Origin: Clostridia bacterium
Lineage (GTDB): Bacteria > Bacillota > Clostridia > Christensenellales > UBA1242
DNA: 64,000 bases
Direction of reading: 5' to 3'
NCBI GenBank assembly: GCA_017465925.1
Contig: JAFTVC010000012.1
Coordinates: forward strand, 2,525 to 66,524
Below are positions 1-9,790 of this stretch, piece after piece. The notes beneath the pieces were generated by a model that did not search any database, was not told the DNA's origin, and was given only the letters and a program-made list of their open reading frames with translations. Position 1 is the stretch's first letter; the number at the start of each line of letters is the position of its first letter. Position numbers and translations under genes: made by a program.

Positions 1-2
1 CA

Positions 3-458
3 TTACTCATTAAACAACTCTTTTACAACTTTACTCAAAACACCATGTACAAATTTATAACTTTTTTCTTCCGAATATTTTTTTGCTAACTCAACTGCTT
101 CATTAATGACTATTTTATAATCATAATCAAAACTCATCATTTCAGCAATAGCAAGTTTTAATATTGCTAAATCACATTTATATACCCTTTTCACACTATA
201 ACCAGTTACATGCTTTTGCAATAAGTCATCTATTTTATTTTTATTATTTAAATAAGCATTTGTTAAGGCTAGGCAAAATTCTTTATCGCTATCTGCACTT
301 ATTTCATTTTCATCAAAAAGGATATTTAATGAATCCTCATTAAAAGTAATTTCATTATTTGACCTAATAAAGTTAATATCTAAATCCTCATTGGAATTTG
401 TAAACTCCATTGAAAATATTAATTTAAACGCTAAATCTCTCGCTTGTATTCTACTCAT
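3..458 (-). CDS. nusB: Transcription antitermination factor NusB
   Basis: 151 aa. N-terminus MSRIQARDLAFKLIF is typical of NusB. Sits downstream of an Asp23/YqhY-like gene as in Bacillus. Confidence 0.85.
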   Translation of the reverse strand: MSRIQARDLAFKLIFSMEFTNSNEDLDINFIRSNNEITFNEDSLNILFDENEISADSDKEFCLALTNAYLNNKNKIDDLLQKHVTGYSVKRVYKCDLAILKLAIAEMMSFDYDYKIVINEAVELAKKYSEEKSYKFVHGVLSKVVKELFNE

Positions 459-469
459 TTTTTATCCTT

Positions 470-847
470 TTATTGTTCTATAAAATCATCTTCATTCACA
501 ACGCCAACTACATGAACGTTAACATCCCCAACATCCTCAACCATTGTTTGCAAACTACTTTTGATATTTTGTTGTATTTTATAAGAAATCTCTGCCACAT
601 TGTAATTTTGATAAACTACAACATAAACATCTATTTCTAATTTCTTTTTCTTATTGTAAGAAACCTTTGCACCTTCAAAATAGTTAGAACAAAATTTATC
701 TTTCATTCTACTTCTTAATCTGTTATCCATTCTAGCAACTCCTGAAATTTCTTTTGTTGCTAAACTTATAATAGATAATAGAATATTTTTGTCAAGTGTA
801 GTACCAGTAGCAATTTCTGTATCTTTTCTTAAAATATTATTAGACAT
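470..847 (-). CDS. Asp23/Gls24-family alkaline shock protein (YqhY-like)
   Basis: Asp23-like sequence (LLSIISLATKEISGVARM). Start trimmed to ATG at 847 (MSNNIL), which is preceded by GGGAGGGAA. The longer track ORF begins at a GTG upstream of that SD and reads through it. Confidence 0.75.
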   Translation of the reverse strand: MSNNILRKDTEIATGTTLDKNILLSIISLATKEISGVARMDNRLRSRMKDKFCSNYFEGAKVSYNKKKKLEIDVYVVVYQNYNVAEISYKIQQNIKSSLQTMVEDVGDVNVHVVGVVNEDDFIEQ

Positions 848-1010
848 AACTTCCCTCCCAGATAATATCACACGTTAAAAGAAAACTAACGCAATTTTAT
901 TTTCTAATAACTTATAATATTTGAAACTATGATGCACTTCTTGTTATTATCATCATTTAGTAGTACAAAATTAAATTAAAATAAATTTAACATAACTTAA
1001 CTAATAACAA

Positions 1011-1047
1011 GCAAAACACTATGATAAGTTTAATTTACCATAGTGCT
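1011..1047 (-). terminator. Putative intrinsic terminator after spoIIIAH
   Basis: Minus strand reads AGCACTATGG-loop-CATAGTGTT, followed by TTGCTTGTT. Confidence 0.4.
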
Positions 1048-1122
1048 TCATATATAGTGCAAAATCAAACCATATTGATTATAACACATAATTTTAATAA
1101 TAACAACTAAAAGAGCAAAATT

Positions 1123-1602
1123 TTATTCAATAGGAATAATTTTTATATTGTCAATATCCTTTCCTGTTTGGTCCTTTACAACTGAAACTATTTGTGAAAC
1201 TTCACTAGTAGAAAGTTCTGTCCCCTTTACAATGATATTTACATTTGAAGTTGTATTTGTAACCACAACATCATCAAAGCCTTTTGCCTTTATAAGTCCC
1301 TCAATTACCAATTCAAGTTCCATAGTTTGAACAAGAGCAACCTTTTTAGTTTCTGCAAGTTCCTTCGCCTCCTCTGATGAAGCATCATTTGCTAAAATAG
1401 CATCTAAATAAGCAATTTCTTGATTTCTCGTATTTGTTCTATCTTGCCTATAAGTTTGGAAAAAGTTTCCGCTTGTTACCGTTGTTGTATTGCTAACTTG
1501 CTCTGTGATATTATTGTTTAATGTAATATTTAAATATCCTGTTGCAACTAATAAAACTGCCATAACTGATAAAATAATTATTTTTTTCTTTTTACTTAAC
1601 AT
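1123..1602 (-). CDS. spoIIIAH: Stage III sporulation protein AH
   Basis: Last gene of the eight-gene spoIIIA array. 159 aa with an N-terminal TM anchor (KKKKIIILSVMAVLLVATGYL). Confidence 0.75.
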   Translation of the reverse strand: MLSKKKKIIILSVMAVLLVATGYLNITLNNNITEQVSNTTTVTSGNFFQTYRQDRTNTRNQEIAYLDAILANDASSEEAKELAETKKVALVQTMELELVIEGLIKAKGFDDVVVTNTTSNVNIIVKGTELSTSEVSQIVSVVKDQTGKDIDNIKIIPIE

Positions 1603-1613
1603 TTCATATCTCC

Positions 1614-2168
1614 TTATTTACCTACAAAAATTTCAATTTGATTAGAATCAACATCTATTAACGCTTGTACCGCTCTCAAAAGTTCTAACCGTACAGCAAC
1701 ATCATTAGCACCTTGTGCAACTACAATAACACCCTTTATCTTTGGTAAAATTTCCATAAGTACTAATGGTTCTTTACCCACTATTACGGGCGACTCCACA
1801 ACAGTAACAGATTGAGTAGTGTTATTGGAACTTGAACTAGTATTAGTTCTTTCTTCTTTTGATGTTGCAACTATGATTTCAGTCCCACTTTCAAGTGTTA
1901 TCATTACATTAACATTACCTGCACCCTTAACATTTGAAAGCACCTTGCATAGTTTTTCTTCAATTTCAACTGCATAAGCACTAGATGTAAGTGATGACGC
2001 TGAACTATTCTCTTTTACATCAGTGCTTGAAGTTGAAAAATATATTAAAAATACTATCAAACAAGCAATAACTACTATAATCCACTCAATGCCTTTTATT
2101 TTCTTCAATTTCTCAATAAAGGGAAATTTTGATGCTAGATTAAACTTCTCCTTATCTTCTTTACTCAT
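1614..2168 (-). CDS. spoIIIAG: Stage III sporulation protein AG
   Basis: 184 aa with one N-terminal TM helix. C-terminal motif GVIVVAQGANDVAVRLELLRAVQALIDV is typical of SpoIIIAG. Operon position fits. Confidence 0.8.
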   Translation of the reverse strand: MSKEDKEKFNLASKFPFIEKLKKIKGIEWIIVVIACLIVFLIYFSTSSTDVKENSSASSLTSSAYAVEIEEKLCKVLSNVKGAGNVNVMITLESGTEIIVATSKEERTNTSSSSNNTTQSVTVVESPVIVGKEPLVLMEILPKIKGVIVVAQGANDVAVRLELLRAVQALIDVDSNQIEIFVGK

Positions 2169-2649
2169 AAAAGATTATATTCTCCTTGTCAATTTTTATA
2201 TAAGTTTTCACAATGTCGCATAGTATTTGATATTTATCTATATGCTCAATATCTTTATCTATAACTAAATCGTATAAGAAAATATTAACTTCATTTATTT
2301 TTAATTGAAAATTGTCAATATCCGACACAATATTAACATCAATATTTTTCAAACCATAGTCTTCTGCATCCCTTACAATATTAACATTTAACTGGTCAAG
2401 TATTTTTTGATTTAAGGAAAATATGTAATCTTCATCAAGTTGAATTTCGCTTTGATTTATCAAGTTTTCAAGAGAAACATCAACGCTATCAAGTTTAGTT
2501 AATGGCGATATAATTACAAGAATAATAACAAATGCAAAGACCGCTTTAATGTATTTATTAATGTTCCCTTCTGGTAAAATAACATCAATTAAAACTCCTA
2601 AAATTACAATTCCAACAACACTTAACAACCAAATAGAAAAACCACTCAT
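2161..2649 (-). CDS. spoIIIAF: Stage III sporulation protein AF
   Basis: 162 aa with two N-terminal TM helices. Position is between AE and AG, with an overlapping stop/start. Confidence 0.75.
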   Translation of the reverse strand: MSGFSIWLLSVVGIVILGVLIDVILPEGNINKYIKAVFAFVIILVIISPLTKLDSVDVSLENLINQSEIQLDEDYIFSLNQKILDQLNVNIVRDAEDYGLKNIDVNIVSDIDNFQLKINEVNIFLYDLVIDKDIEHIDKYQILCDIVKTYIKIDKENIIFYE

Positions 2650-2659
2650 TCCAACCTAC

Positions 2660-3847
2660 CTAAAACAAATTGCACGTACACATTAAAATGCCAACAGTCA
2701 ATAAGTACATAAATGCAACCCCAAGCAAACACGCAACTAGCATATTTAAGGCTTTACCCACAGAAAAAATAAATGATGAAATTCTACTATCTGTTATTGG
2801 CTCTAATATAGCAGAAGTTAATTTAAATCCAAATAGAAGAATAACAATTTTAATAATAGGCATAGCAATCGTGGCAAGTAACAAAATTAGTCCTGTTGCC
2901 CCTATTGCATTCTTTATCAACACACTACTAGACAAAATCAAATCAAAACCATCAGATAAATATCCACCCACAAAAGGCACATAACTTTTCATTGTAAATT
3001 TTGCAGTTCTAATTGAAATACTATCGTATGTATTAGCAACTATTCCATTGAGTGTTAAAAATGCAAAAAATACTGTAAAGATGCTTCCTATTATCCATTT
3101 AAACCCGCTTTGAAAGAAACTTGTAAACTTACTAAACTGTACATTTTTAGAAATATTTTGAGCAATTATAAAAACAATAGTAATAATGAAAATAGGAACA
3201 ATGATATTGTTGAATATTTCCATAATTCCACTAGAAAGTAGCACAATAGAAGGCTGAAAAACCGAAACGCTTACGCTACCACCGACAGATGCAATTAAAG
3301 TCAACAGAATAGGAAATATAACTTCCATTTGAGATTTTATAGACAAAAGCGTTTCAGTTGTTAATGAAACAACTTCTACTACAAGAGTTGAAACAATAGC
3401 AATAATTATTCCGTAACAAACAAAATGAATAATGTCATTTAATGACTTGCCACCAATGCTAGTCTGTAATTGCCCTATAAATCCACATAAAATAGCAATA
3501 GCAACTATAATGCAAAGTATAGGTAAAAACTCAAGTATATCTTCAAAAATCAATCCAAGACAAGCATTTATAAAATTAGCAGAATCATCTTTAAAATCTC
3601 CATCAATTAAACTTTTAATTTTACTTGCAAAGTCAGTATCACCAAAAATATTTTTAGAATCATCACTTAAAGTTTCAAGTATTTTATCTAAAATAGAATA
3701 ATCAAAATCATTAATAGTATCTTGAATTTGAGTTTCAAACTCTTCCTGTGTACTATCTTGTGCGTAAACCAAATTAATAGGCTGGTAAATTAAAGTCAAT
3801 AAAAGTGGCAAAGAAACAAGTAAAATTGTAAACTTTACTTTTAACAT
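2660..3847 (-). CDS. spoIIIAE: Stage III sporulation protein AE (polytopic membrane)
   Basis: 395 aa with a signal-like N-terminus and many TM helices. It is the largest membrane component of the operon. Confidence 0.8.
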   Translation of the reverse strand: MLKVKFTILLVSLPLLLTLIYQPINLVYAQDSTQEEFETQIQDTINDFDYSILDKILETLSDDSKNIFGDTDFASKIKSLIDGDFKDDSANFINACLGLIFEDILEFLPILCIIVAIAILCGFIGQLQTSIGGKSLNDIIHFVCYGIIIAIVSTLVVEVVSLTTETLLSIKSQMEVIFPILLTLIASVGGSVSVSVFQPSIVLLSSGIMEIFNNIIVPIFIITIVFIIAQNISKNVQFSKFTSFFQSGFKWIIGSIFTVFFAFLTLNGIVANTYDSISIRTAKFTMKSYVPFVGGYLSDGFDLILSSSVLIKNAIGATGLILLLATIAMPIIKIVILLFGFKLTSAILEPITDSRISSFIFSVGKALNMLVACLLGVAFMYLLTVGILMCTCNLF

Positions 3848-4248
3848 AAATTTAATAGACTAGTAATAATCTCAATTAATGTATTAATAATCGGTAATGC
3901 TACTATCAAAATTACAACCTTACCCCCTAACAGTACTTTATCTGCCACACTATTCATTCCACTATCACTACACAAATTTGCAGTAAATTCAGTAAGATAA
4001 CCAATACCAATTATTTTTAATACAATTTGAAAAATTTCTTGGTCAATGCCAGTCAGTTCAGTTAAATGCAAAAATGTTTCAACAACAGTTGTAAAAATGC
4101 CAACAATTTCAAATAATATTAAAATACTACCAGCCAATGTAATAAACATTGCAATTTCTGGTTTGATTTGCTTAACTATAAGCGTTGCAACAGTGGTAAT
4201 TAAACCTATTCCTATTATTTTTAAAAAAATCATATCAATATAAACCAA
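3841..4248 (-). CDS. spoIIIAD: Stage III sporulation protein AD
   Basis: About 130 aa, hydrophobic, with four TM helices. Position is after AC. The true start may be the internal MIFLKIIG at 4233. Confidence 0.75.
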   Translation of the reverse strand: MVYIDMIFLKIIGIGLITTVATLIVKQIKPEIAMFITLAGSILILFEIVGIFTTVVETFLHLTELTGIDQEIFQIVLKIIGIGYLTEFTANLCSDSGMNSVADKVLLGGKVVILIVALPIINTLIEIITSLLNLC

Positions 4249-4441
4249 ATAACGACTTTACTGTATCAAACAAATTTGAAACCATATCAAGCACCATAAT
4301 CAAAACAACAATAACGCCAGCAAGAGTAGTAAAGGTAGCAATTTCATCTTTACCAATATGCTTCAAAACTTGATTAACAACTGCAATCAAAATACCAATT
4401 CCAGCAATTTTTAAAATTAATTCAATTTCCATAAACCACAA
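4235..4441 (-). CDS. spoIIIAC: Stage III sporulation protein AC
   Basis: 65-68 aa two-TM protein (ILKIAGIGILIAVVNQVLKHIGKDE), characteristic of SpoIIIAC. Confidence 0.8.
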   Translation of the reverse strand: MWFMEIELILKIAGIGILIAVVNQVLKHIGKDEIATFTTLAGVIVVLIMVLDMVSNLFDTVKSLFGLY

Positions 4442-4476
4442 CCTATATTGTATTATTTATTTTTAATACATAATAT

Positions 4477-5016
4477 TTAGATTAAAAGCACTACTATAAA
4501 ACAACCAGTAATTAAACCTAGTTTAATACAAAGATTAGAATACTTATTTTTGTTTTCTTTTGCCAAATCTAAATTGTTTTTTACCCTATTCAAAAGTATT
4601 TCAATTTTTTCTTTTTCTTGAATCAAATCATATTTCCCTAAATCATTAAAGATTTCTTCTATTTCAATTTGCTCTTTTTCTTCCAATATGTAAATTCGTT
4701 CCTTAAAGTAGAACTTGTCCTTATCGTAAAAATCATTTCTCAAAAATTCCAAAAACTCTTCCAACTTTAAAATAGAAACCTTATTATTTTTTGCGTATTC
4801 TTCTAAAATCTGCCCTATTCTTTTTTGACTATAACCCACTTCCAATTTGTAGTAATTCAAAAAATCATAAAGTTGATTATAAATTCTGTACTTGTTTACA
4901 TAATTTCTAGAAAATGAATAGCCTATATATGTAGCCACAACTACAATTATTGCATAACCTACAACCACTTTAATCTCTATATAATAGTTTATAATTCTCA
5001 TCATAAAGCCCATCAA
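4477..5016 (-). CDS. spoIIIAB: Stage III sporulation protein AB
   Basis: About 175 aa with N- and C-terminal TM helices and a helical middle. Position is after the AA ATPase. The exact start is uncertain because the ORF overlaps the spoIIIAA 3' end. Confidence 0.7.
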   Translation of the reverse strand: MMGFMMRIINYYIEIKVVVGYAIIVVVATYIGYSFSRNYVNKYRIYNQLYDFLNYYKLEVGYSQKRIGQILEEYAKNNKVSILKLEEFLEFLRNDFYDKDKFYFKERIYILEEKEQIEIEEIFNDLGKYDLIQEKEKIEILLNRVKNNLDLAKENKNKYSNLCIKLGLITGCFIVVLLI

Positions 5017-5887
5017 TAGTACCGATGCCTTTATTCTTTGACAAAACTATAAACCTTTTAAAAGTTTTATTAGTAAGCAATTCAGTAAAGTTAGGCTTTT
5101 TTAATAGTTCATTCAAATTTCTAGAATGTGTAGTTGCGACAACACTTACCCCACTAGCCATAGCGTAGTCTATTGCTTTAATATCATCAAATGTAGCAAT
5201 TTCATCAGTAAAAATAACATCTGGATTCATACTCCTTATCCCCATTTCAAACCCGAATTGTTTTTTACAACCACTTATTATATCCGTAAATGCACCTAAA
5301 TTAAATTGAGCCTGTCCTTCACAAGAACCTGCTATTTCGTATCTCTCGTCTAAAATTAAACTATTCAAAGCATAATTATTTTTGTATATTTGATAAATTA
5401 TATCTCTTAAAATTGTTGTCTTGCCAAGTCCCGGCGAAGAAATTATCAATGTGTTTTTAAATGGCTTGTCTATTAAATAATGAAATATGCGAGCAGAACA
5501 ATTATCTACTTTATGAGGTAATCTTATGTTTAAATAAGTAATGTTTTTCAAAGTCATTACATTATCATTTTCATAAACAACTTCTCCTGCAACTCCTATT
5601 CTTATTCCATTTTTAACAGTAATGAACCCTTCCCTTAACTGATTATTTACAGCATAAACTGAATTTTCACAAGCAATATATATTATTTTAGCAATAAGTT
5701 CACGACTTGCGACAATACCGTCATTTATATTTTTTGTAATTCCTGCACTAGATAAAAATACTAGTTCATTTTTCACATTAAAGACTATTGCTTGATTTAA
5801 TCTTACTCTAATTTCATATAAATTTCCAATGCTAATATGTTTTAAAATTAATCTTGCAAACTCTGCTGGAAAAATCTTATCTACCAT
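4970..5887 (-). CDS. spoIIIAA: Stage III sporulation protein AA (AAA+/secretion-ATPase-like)
   Basis: 305 aa with Walker A SSPGLGKTTILRD and Walker B VIFTDEI. First gene of the operon. Confidence 0.85.
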   Translation of the reverse strand: MVDKIFPAEFARLILKHISIGNLYEIRVRLNQAIVFNVKNELVFLSSAGITKNINDGIVASRELIAKIIYIACENSVYAVNNQLREGFITVKNGIRIGVAGEVVYENDNVMTLKNITYLNIRLPHKVDNCSARIFHYLIDKPFKNTLIISSPGLGKTTILRDIIYQIYKNNYALNSLILDERYEIAGSCEGQAQFNLGAFTDIISGCKKQFGFEMGIRSMNPDVIFTDEIATFDDIKAIDYAMASGVSVVATTHSRNLNELLKKPNFTELLTNKTFKRFIVLSKNKGIGTIDGLYDENYKLLYRD

Positions 5888-6153
5888 TTTACATTCCTTT
5901 CATTTTAAAAGATATAATTTTTTAGCACAAAAGTTAATCTAGTGCATTATTAATATACTTTAACTAATGTAATTCTATGTCAAAATAAAATAGGAGATAA
6001 TGTACAATTTTGTTTGCTTGTATTTCTAAAAGTAATTATTTACATTATAGTTCTACTCCATTATAGTTTAAATTAATATTGCACACAAAAAAAAGAAATG
6101 CTCCACTATGCATTTCATTTATAAATTTTAAAATAATTAATCATTAGTAATGA

Positions 6154-6711
6154 TTACATTCTTTCCATATAAGTACCAGTTCTTGTATCAACCCTAATCG
6201 TATCTTCATTGTTTACAAATAATGGAACCATAACTGTTATACCTGTTTCAAGTTTTGCTGGTTTCATTGCACTTTTTGCTGTATCACCTGCAACTGCTGG
6301 TTCACATTCAACAATTTTTAATTCTACAAAGTTAGGTGGTTCAACTGAAAATGCTTGACCTTTATAGAATTGAATAAATGCCATCATATTTTCAACCATA
6401 TATTGAAGAGCATCTTCACAATCTGAATAGTTTAAAGGAATTTGGTCATAAGTTTCCATATCCATAAAATAACAAATGTCGCCTTCTCTATATAAATATT
6501 GCATGTCCTTTCTTTCTATCTTTGCAACTGGATATTTATCAGTTGGGTTGAAAGTTTTTTCTAATGTTTGACCTGTTACAATATTTTTTAATTTAGTTCT
6601 TACGAACGCAGAACCTTTACCAGGTTTAACGTGTTGGAAATCTACAATAGAATAAACTGTTCCATCCATATCAAATGTAGTGCCTTTTCTAAAATCTCCT
6701 GCTTGAATCAT
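6154..6711 (-). CDS. efp: Elongation factor P
   Basis: [13 protein letters not shown]...[16 protein letters not shown] is the canonical EF-P N-terminus. Start set at the ATG 5 nt after GGAGG. Confidence 0.95.
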   Translation of the reverse strand: MIQAGDFRKGTTFDMDGTVYSIVDFQHVKPGKGSAFVRTKLKNIVTGQTLEKTFNPTDKYPVAKIERKDMQYLYREGDICYFMDMETYDQIPLNYSDCEDALQYMVENMMAFIQFYKGQAFSVEPPNFVELKIVECEPAVAGDTAKSAMKPAKLETGITVMVPLFVNNEDTIRVDTRTGTYMERM

Positions 6712-6767
6712 ATAATCCTCCAAAGTATTTAATTTAATTACACTTGATTATACCATATTTTATGATA

Positions 6768-7619
6768 TTAATCAACTAAATCATCATATATTTTTTTAAG
6801 TTTTACAGCATCTTGTGCCATTATTTCACTAGATTCGCAAATAATAACAGGTTCTAACTTCAAATTCTTAATTGCTCTTGCAAGCGGTTGAAATTCAGGA
6901 CCATAAACAGAATCTTCTAATGTTAAATGTTTAACTTCGCCTTTACTTGTGTATTCTATTTTTGAAAAATGAATATGTACATTTTTTATTTTCTCAAATC
7001 CAAGATTATCTATTGCATAATTTAGTATTTTCTCAAAATCTGCCGTAGTCTTTAAGCCACCCTGCATAGTGCAATTAATATGACCAAAATCAAACGTAGG
7101 AATATAAATATTTCCTACTAAACATAAATCTATAATTTCTTCATAAATACCAATTTGACTATATTTGCCCATAGTTTCTAGACAAATCAAACAATCATTT
7201 AAATTTTGCTCAATTAATTTTTGTTCCAATACTTTTAATCTTTTTTTACAAAGTTGCAAAGCATCTTCTCTTTCAAGTTTACCATTAGTAGCAGTATGAA
7301 CTACAACTCTATTACCGCCTAATGCTTTCACTATTTTACAAGAATTAATTACATAATTATAAGATTTCTCCGCCATTTCATCATCAGGGTTTGCAAAATT
7401 TATAAAATATGGTGCATGAACACTTACTGATACACCATATTTAGCGAATTCTTCTCCCAGTACTTTTGCTTTTTCTTCGCTCAATTTAATGCCTCTACCA
7501 AATGAGTACTCATAGGCATTTAAACCCAATTCACTTACCCATTTACCAGCACCCAATGTTGTTTTATTTCCTTGTTCATAATATAATTTATCATTTCCAG
7601 ATGGACCAAATTTAATCAC
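6768..7619 (-). CDS. Endonuclease IV-like (AP endonuclease family 2) TIM-barrel protein
   Basis: 283 aa. The HAPYFINFANPD, ETMG, DFGH and HIHFS metal-ligand-like motifs resemble the Nfo/xylose-isomerase-like fold. Confidence 0.6.
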   Translation of the reverse strand: MIKFGPSGNDKLYYEQGNKTTLGAGKWVSELGLNAYEYSFGRGIKLSEEKAKVLGEEFAKYGVSVSVHAPYFINFANPDDEMAEKSYNYVINSCKIVKALGGNRVVVHTATNGKLEREDALQLCKKRLKVLEQKLIEQNLNDCLICLETMGKYSQIGIYEEIIDLCLVGNIYIPTFDFGHINCTMQGGLKTTADFEKILNYAIDNLGFEKIKNVHIHFSKIEYTSKGEVKHLTLEDSVYGPEFQPLARAIKNLKLEPVIICESSEIMAQDAVKLKKIYDDLVD

Positions 7620-8472
7620 CGAAATAAATCTCCATTTTAAGTAAATTATTTTCTATTTTTCCTAATGCAAAAAATTCGTTATTTTCATCAAATAATAAAT
7701 AAAGATTATCTGCTTTTATTTGATTAAGTTTTAAACCACTTTTAATTTTTTTAGTTTCTATCTCGTTTAAATGCAATCTTTCATAAGGTAAAATATCTTC
7801 TATATTAGTAATGTAAGGTGTTATATCTTCACTATTAGTTAATTCTATATGTGAAATTGAGTTTTCAATACTAAACAAGCCAGAGTTTGTTCTTATAATT
7901 AATGGCATATAAGCAACAGTACCAAGTAAATATGCTAAATCTCTACATAAACTTCTAATATAACAACCCGCACTACACTCAATTTCAAATAAAAATGTGT
8001 TTGTAGATAATTCTTCTATTGCTACAAATCTATAAACAGTTATATTTTTAGGTTTAAGTTCAAATTCAATATTGTTTCTTGCAAGTTCATAAGCCCTTAC
8101 TCCATTAATTGATTTTGCACTATATTTGGGTGGTAGTTGCTCTAATTCTCCAATTAAATTATGAATTACACTATTAATATTTTTTAATGTTATCGTTTTA
8201 TTTACCTCTTTTACAACAACTCCATCACTATCTAATGTATCTGTTTCTTTCCCAAAGCAAAAAATAGCCCTATAAACTTTTCTTTTATTTAAAAAGTAGT
8301 CAAATAGTTTTGTAGCCTTACCAACCGCAATAGGTAAAACCCCACAGCCTGCGGGGTCTAATGTTCCTAAATGTCCAACTCTTTTAATCCCAAGTTTTCT
8401 TTTAACCAGTGAAACAACTTGAAAAGAAGTAACAGCATCAGGCTTATTTATGTTAATAATTCCATTTATCAT
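7612..8472 (-). CDS. truB: tRNA pseudouridine(55) synthase
   Basis: GHLGTLDPAGCGVLPIAVGKATK catalytic Asp motif. Position is downstream of rbfA and nrnA. Confidence 0.9.
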   Translation of the reverse strand: MINGIININKPDAVTSFQVVSLVKRKLGIKRVGHLGTLDPAGCGVLPIAVGKATKLFDYFLNKRKVYRAIFCFGKETDTLDSDGVVVKEVNKTITLKNINSVIHNLIGELEQLPPKYSAKSINGVRAYELARNNIEFELKPKNITVYRFVAIEELSTNTFLFEIECSAGCYIRSLCRDLAYLLGTVAYMPLIIRTNSGLFSIENSISHIELTNSEDITPYITNIEDILPYERLHLNEIETKKIKSGLKLNQIKADNLYLLFDENNEFFALGKIENNLLKMEIYFGD

Positions 8473-9443
8473 AAATACTCACTTACTACTTTTACTAAAC
8501 TTTTAATTACATTATTTAGTTTGCCATAAATTCTACAACCTGATGCCATTTTATGCCCACCACCGCCAAATCTAACAGCAATTTTAGAAACATCAACATT
8601 TCCTTTTGTTCTTAATGAAATCTTAAATGAATTATCATTCATTTCAGTCATAGCAATACCTACTTCACTCTCTTCTAGGTTAGTAATCATATTTACAATG
8701 CCCACAAAGGCATTTTCATTTGCACCATACTTTTTTAAATTCTTTTGCGTTAAATAAGTAATTGCAATCTTCCTATCACAAAACAATTCTAAATTTTTTA
8801 ATGTTTCCGCAAGAAGCATTAATTCAACATAAGTTTTACGCCTAAATAAGTTGTAGTGGATAAAATCCAAATCTATTCCATAAGAAATTAATTTTCCCGC
8901 TACAATATGAGTTCTTTCATTTACAGAATTGTGCATAAAACAACCTGTATCAGTAGACAAACCAGAATATAATGCAGTTGCTATATTTTTATCTATTTCA
9001 TAATTATTGTACTCAAATATATCATAAATAACTTCGCAAGCACTAGAAATATCTGGTACTACACAGTTTACCTTTCCATATCCATTATTCGTTGAATGGT
9101 GGTCAATATTTATAGTGTTTGAATGTGCAACATAAAATTCTTCAAATTTACCTAATCTTTTTAAATCTCCACAATCAACACTAATAACTAAATCATAATC
9201 GTTGGCAATTAATTCTTGATTATAACAACCTTTTACTAAAAAATGATAATTTTCGTGAATTACATCATCACAGTATAAATCAATTTCTTTATTATGATTT
9301 TTAAAGAAATAATAAAGTGCCATACCAGAGCCAAGGCAATCACCATCAGGTGATTTATGGCTAATTACAGCAACTTTATTACATTCTAACATTTTATTAT
9401 AAATAACTTCAAAAACTTTCATTGTGTCCCTTTTATTCATCAT
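8469..9443 (-). CDS. nrnA: DHH/DHHA1 phosphoesterase (NrnA-like oligoribonuclease/pAp phosphatase)
   Basis: Motifs SHKSPDGDCLGS, DCGD, DHH and GGGH. Position is between rbfA and truB. Confidence 0.8.
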   Translation of the reverse strand: MMNKRDTMKVFEVIYNKMLECNKVAVISHKSPDGDCLGSGMALYYFFKNHNKEIDLYCDDVIHENYHFLVKGCYNQELIANDYDLVISVDCGDLKRLGKFEEFYVAHSNTINIDHHSTNNGYGKVNCVVPDISSACEVIYDIFEYNNYEIDKNIATALYSGLSTDTGCFMHNSVNERTHIVAGKLISYGIDLDFIHYNLFRRKTYVELMLLAETLKNLELFCDRKIAITYLTQKNLKKYGANENAFVGIVNMITNLEESEVGIAMTEMNDNSFKISLRTKGNVDVSKIAVRFGGGGHKMASGCRIYGKLNNVIKSLVKVVSEYL

Positions 9444-9789
9444 CTTTTGGTATATCTAATTTTTCTAATATACTATTGATACTTTCACTGTAATCAATAG
9501 TCTTGTCTAGTTTAAAATTTATTATAGGTACTGCTCTTAATTTTACTCTTTTTGAAAGCAATTTTCTAACAAACCCACTACTTTTTTGTAACGCTTCAAA
9601 AGTTGTCTTTTCATCATTTGAATTATATATTGAAATAAAAGTATTTGCCATATACAAATCATTGTCAGTTTCAACTCTTAAAACACTGATAATACCGCTA
9701 ATTCTAGGGTCTTTTAATTCATAATTAATAATATTTGCAATTTCAATTTGTAATTCTGCATTAATTTTTTCAATTCTACCAGATTTCAT
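9433..9789 (-). CDS. rbfA: Ribosome-binding factor A
   Basis: 118 aa. N-terminus RIEKINAELQIEIANII..LKDPR. Lies immediately downstream of infB. Confidence 0.9.
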   Translation of the reverse strand: MKSGRIEKINAELQIEIANIINYELKDPRISGIISVLRVETDNDLYMANTFISIYNSNDEKTTFEALQKSSGFVRKLLSKRVKLRAVPIINFKLDKTIDYSESINSILEKLDIPKDDE

Positions 9790-9790
9790 A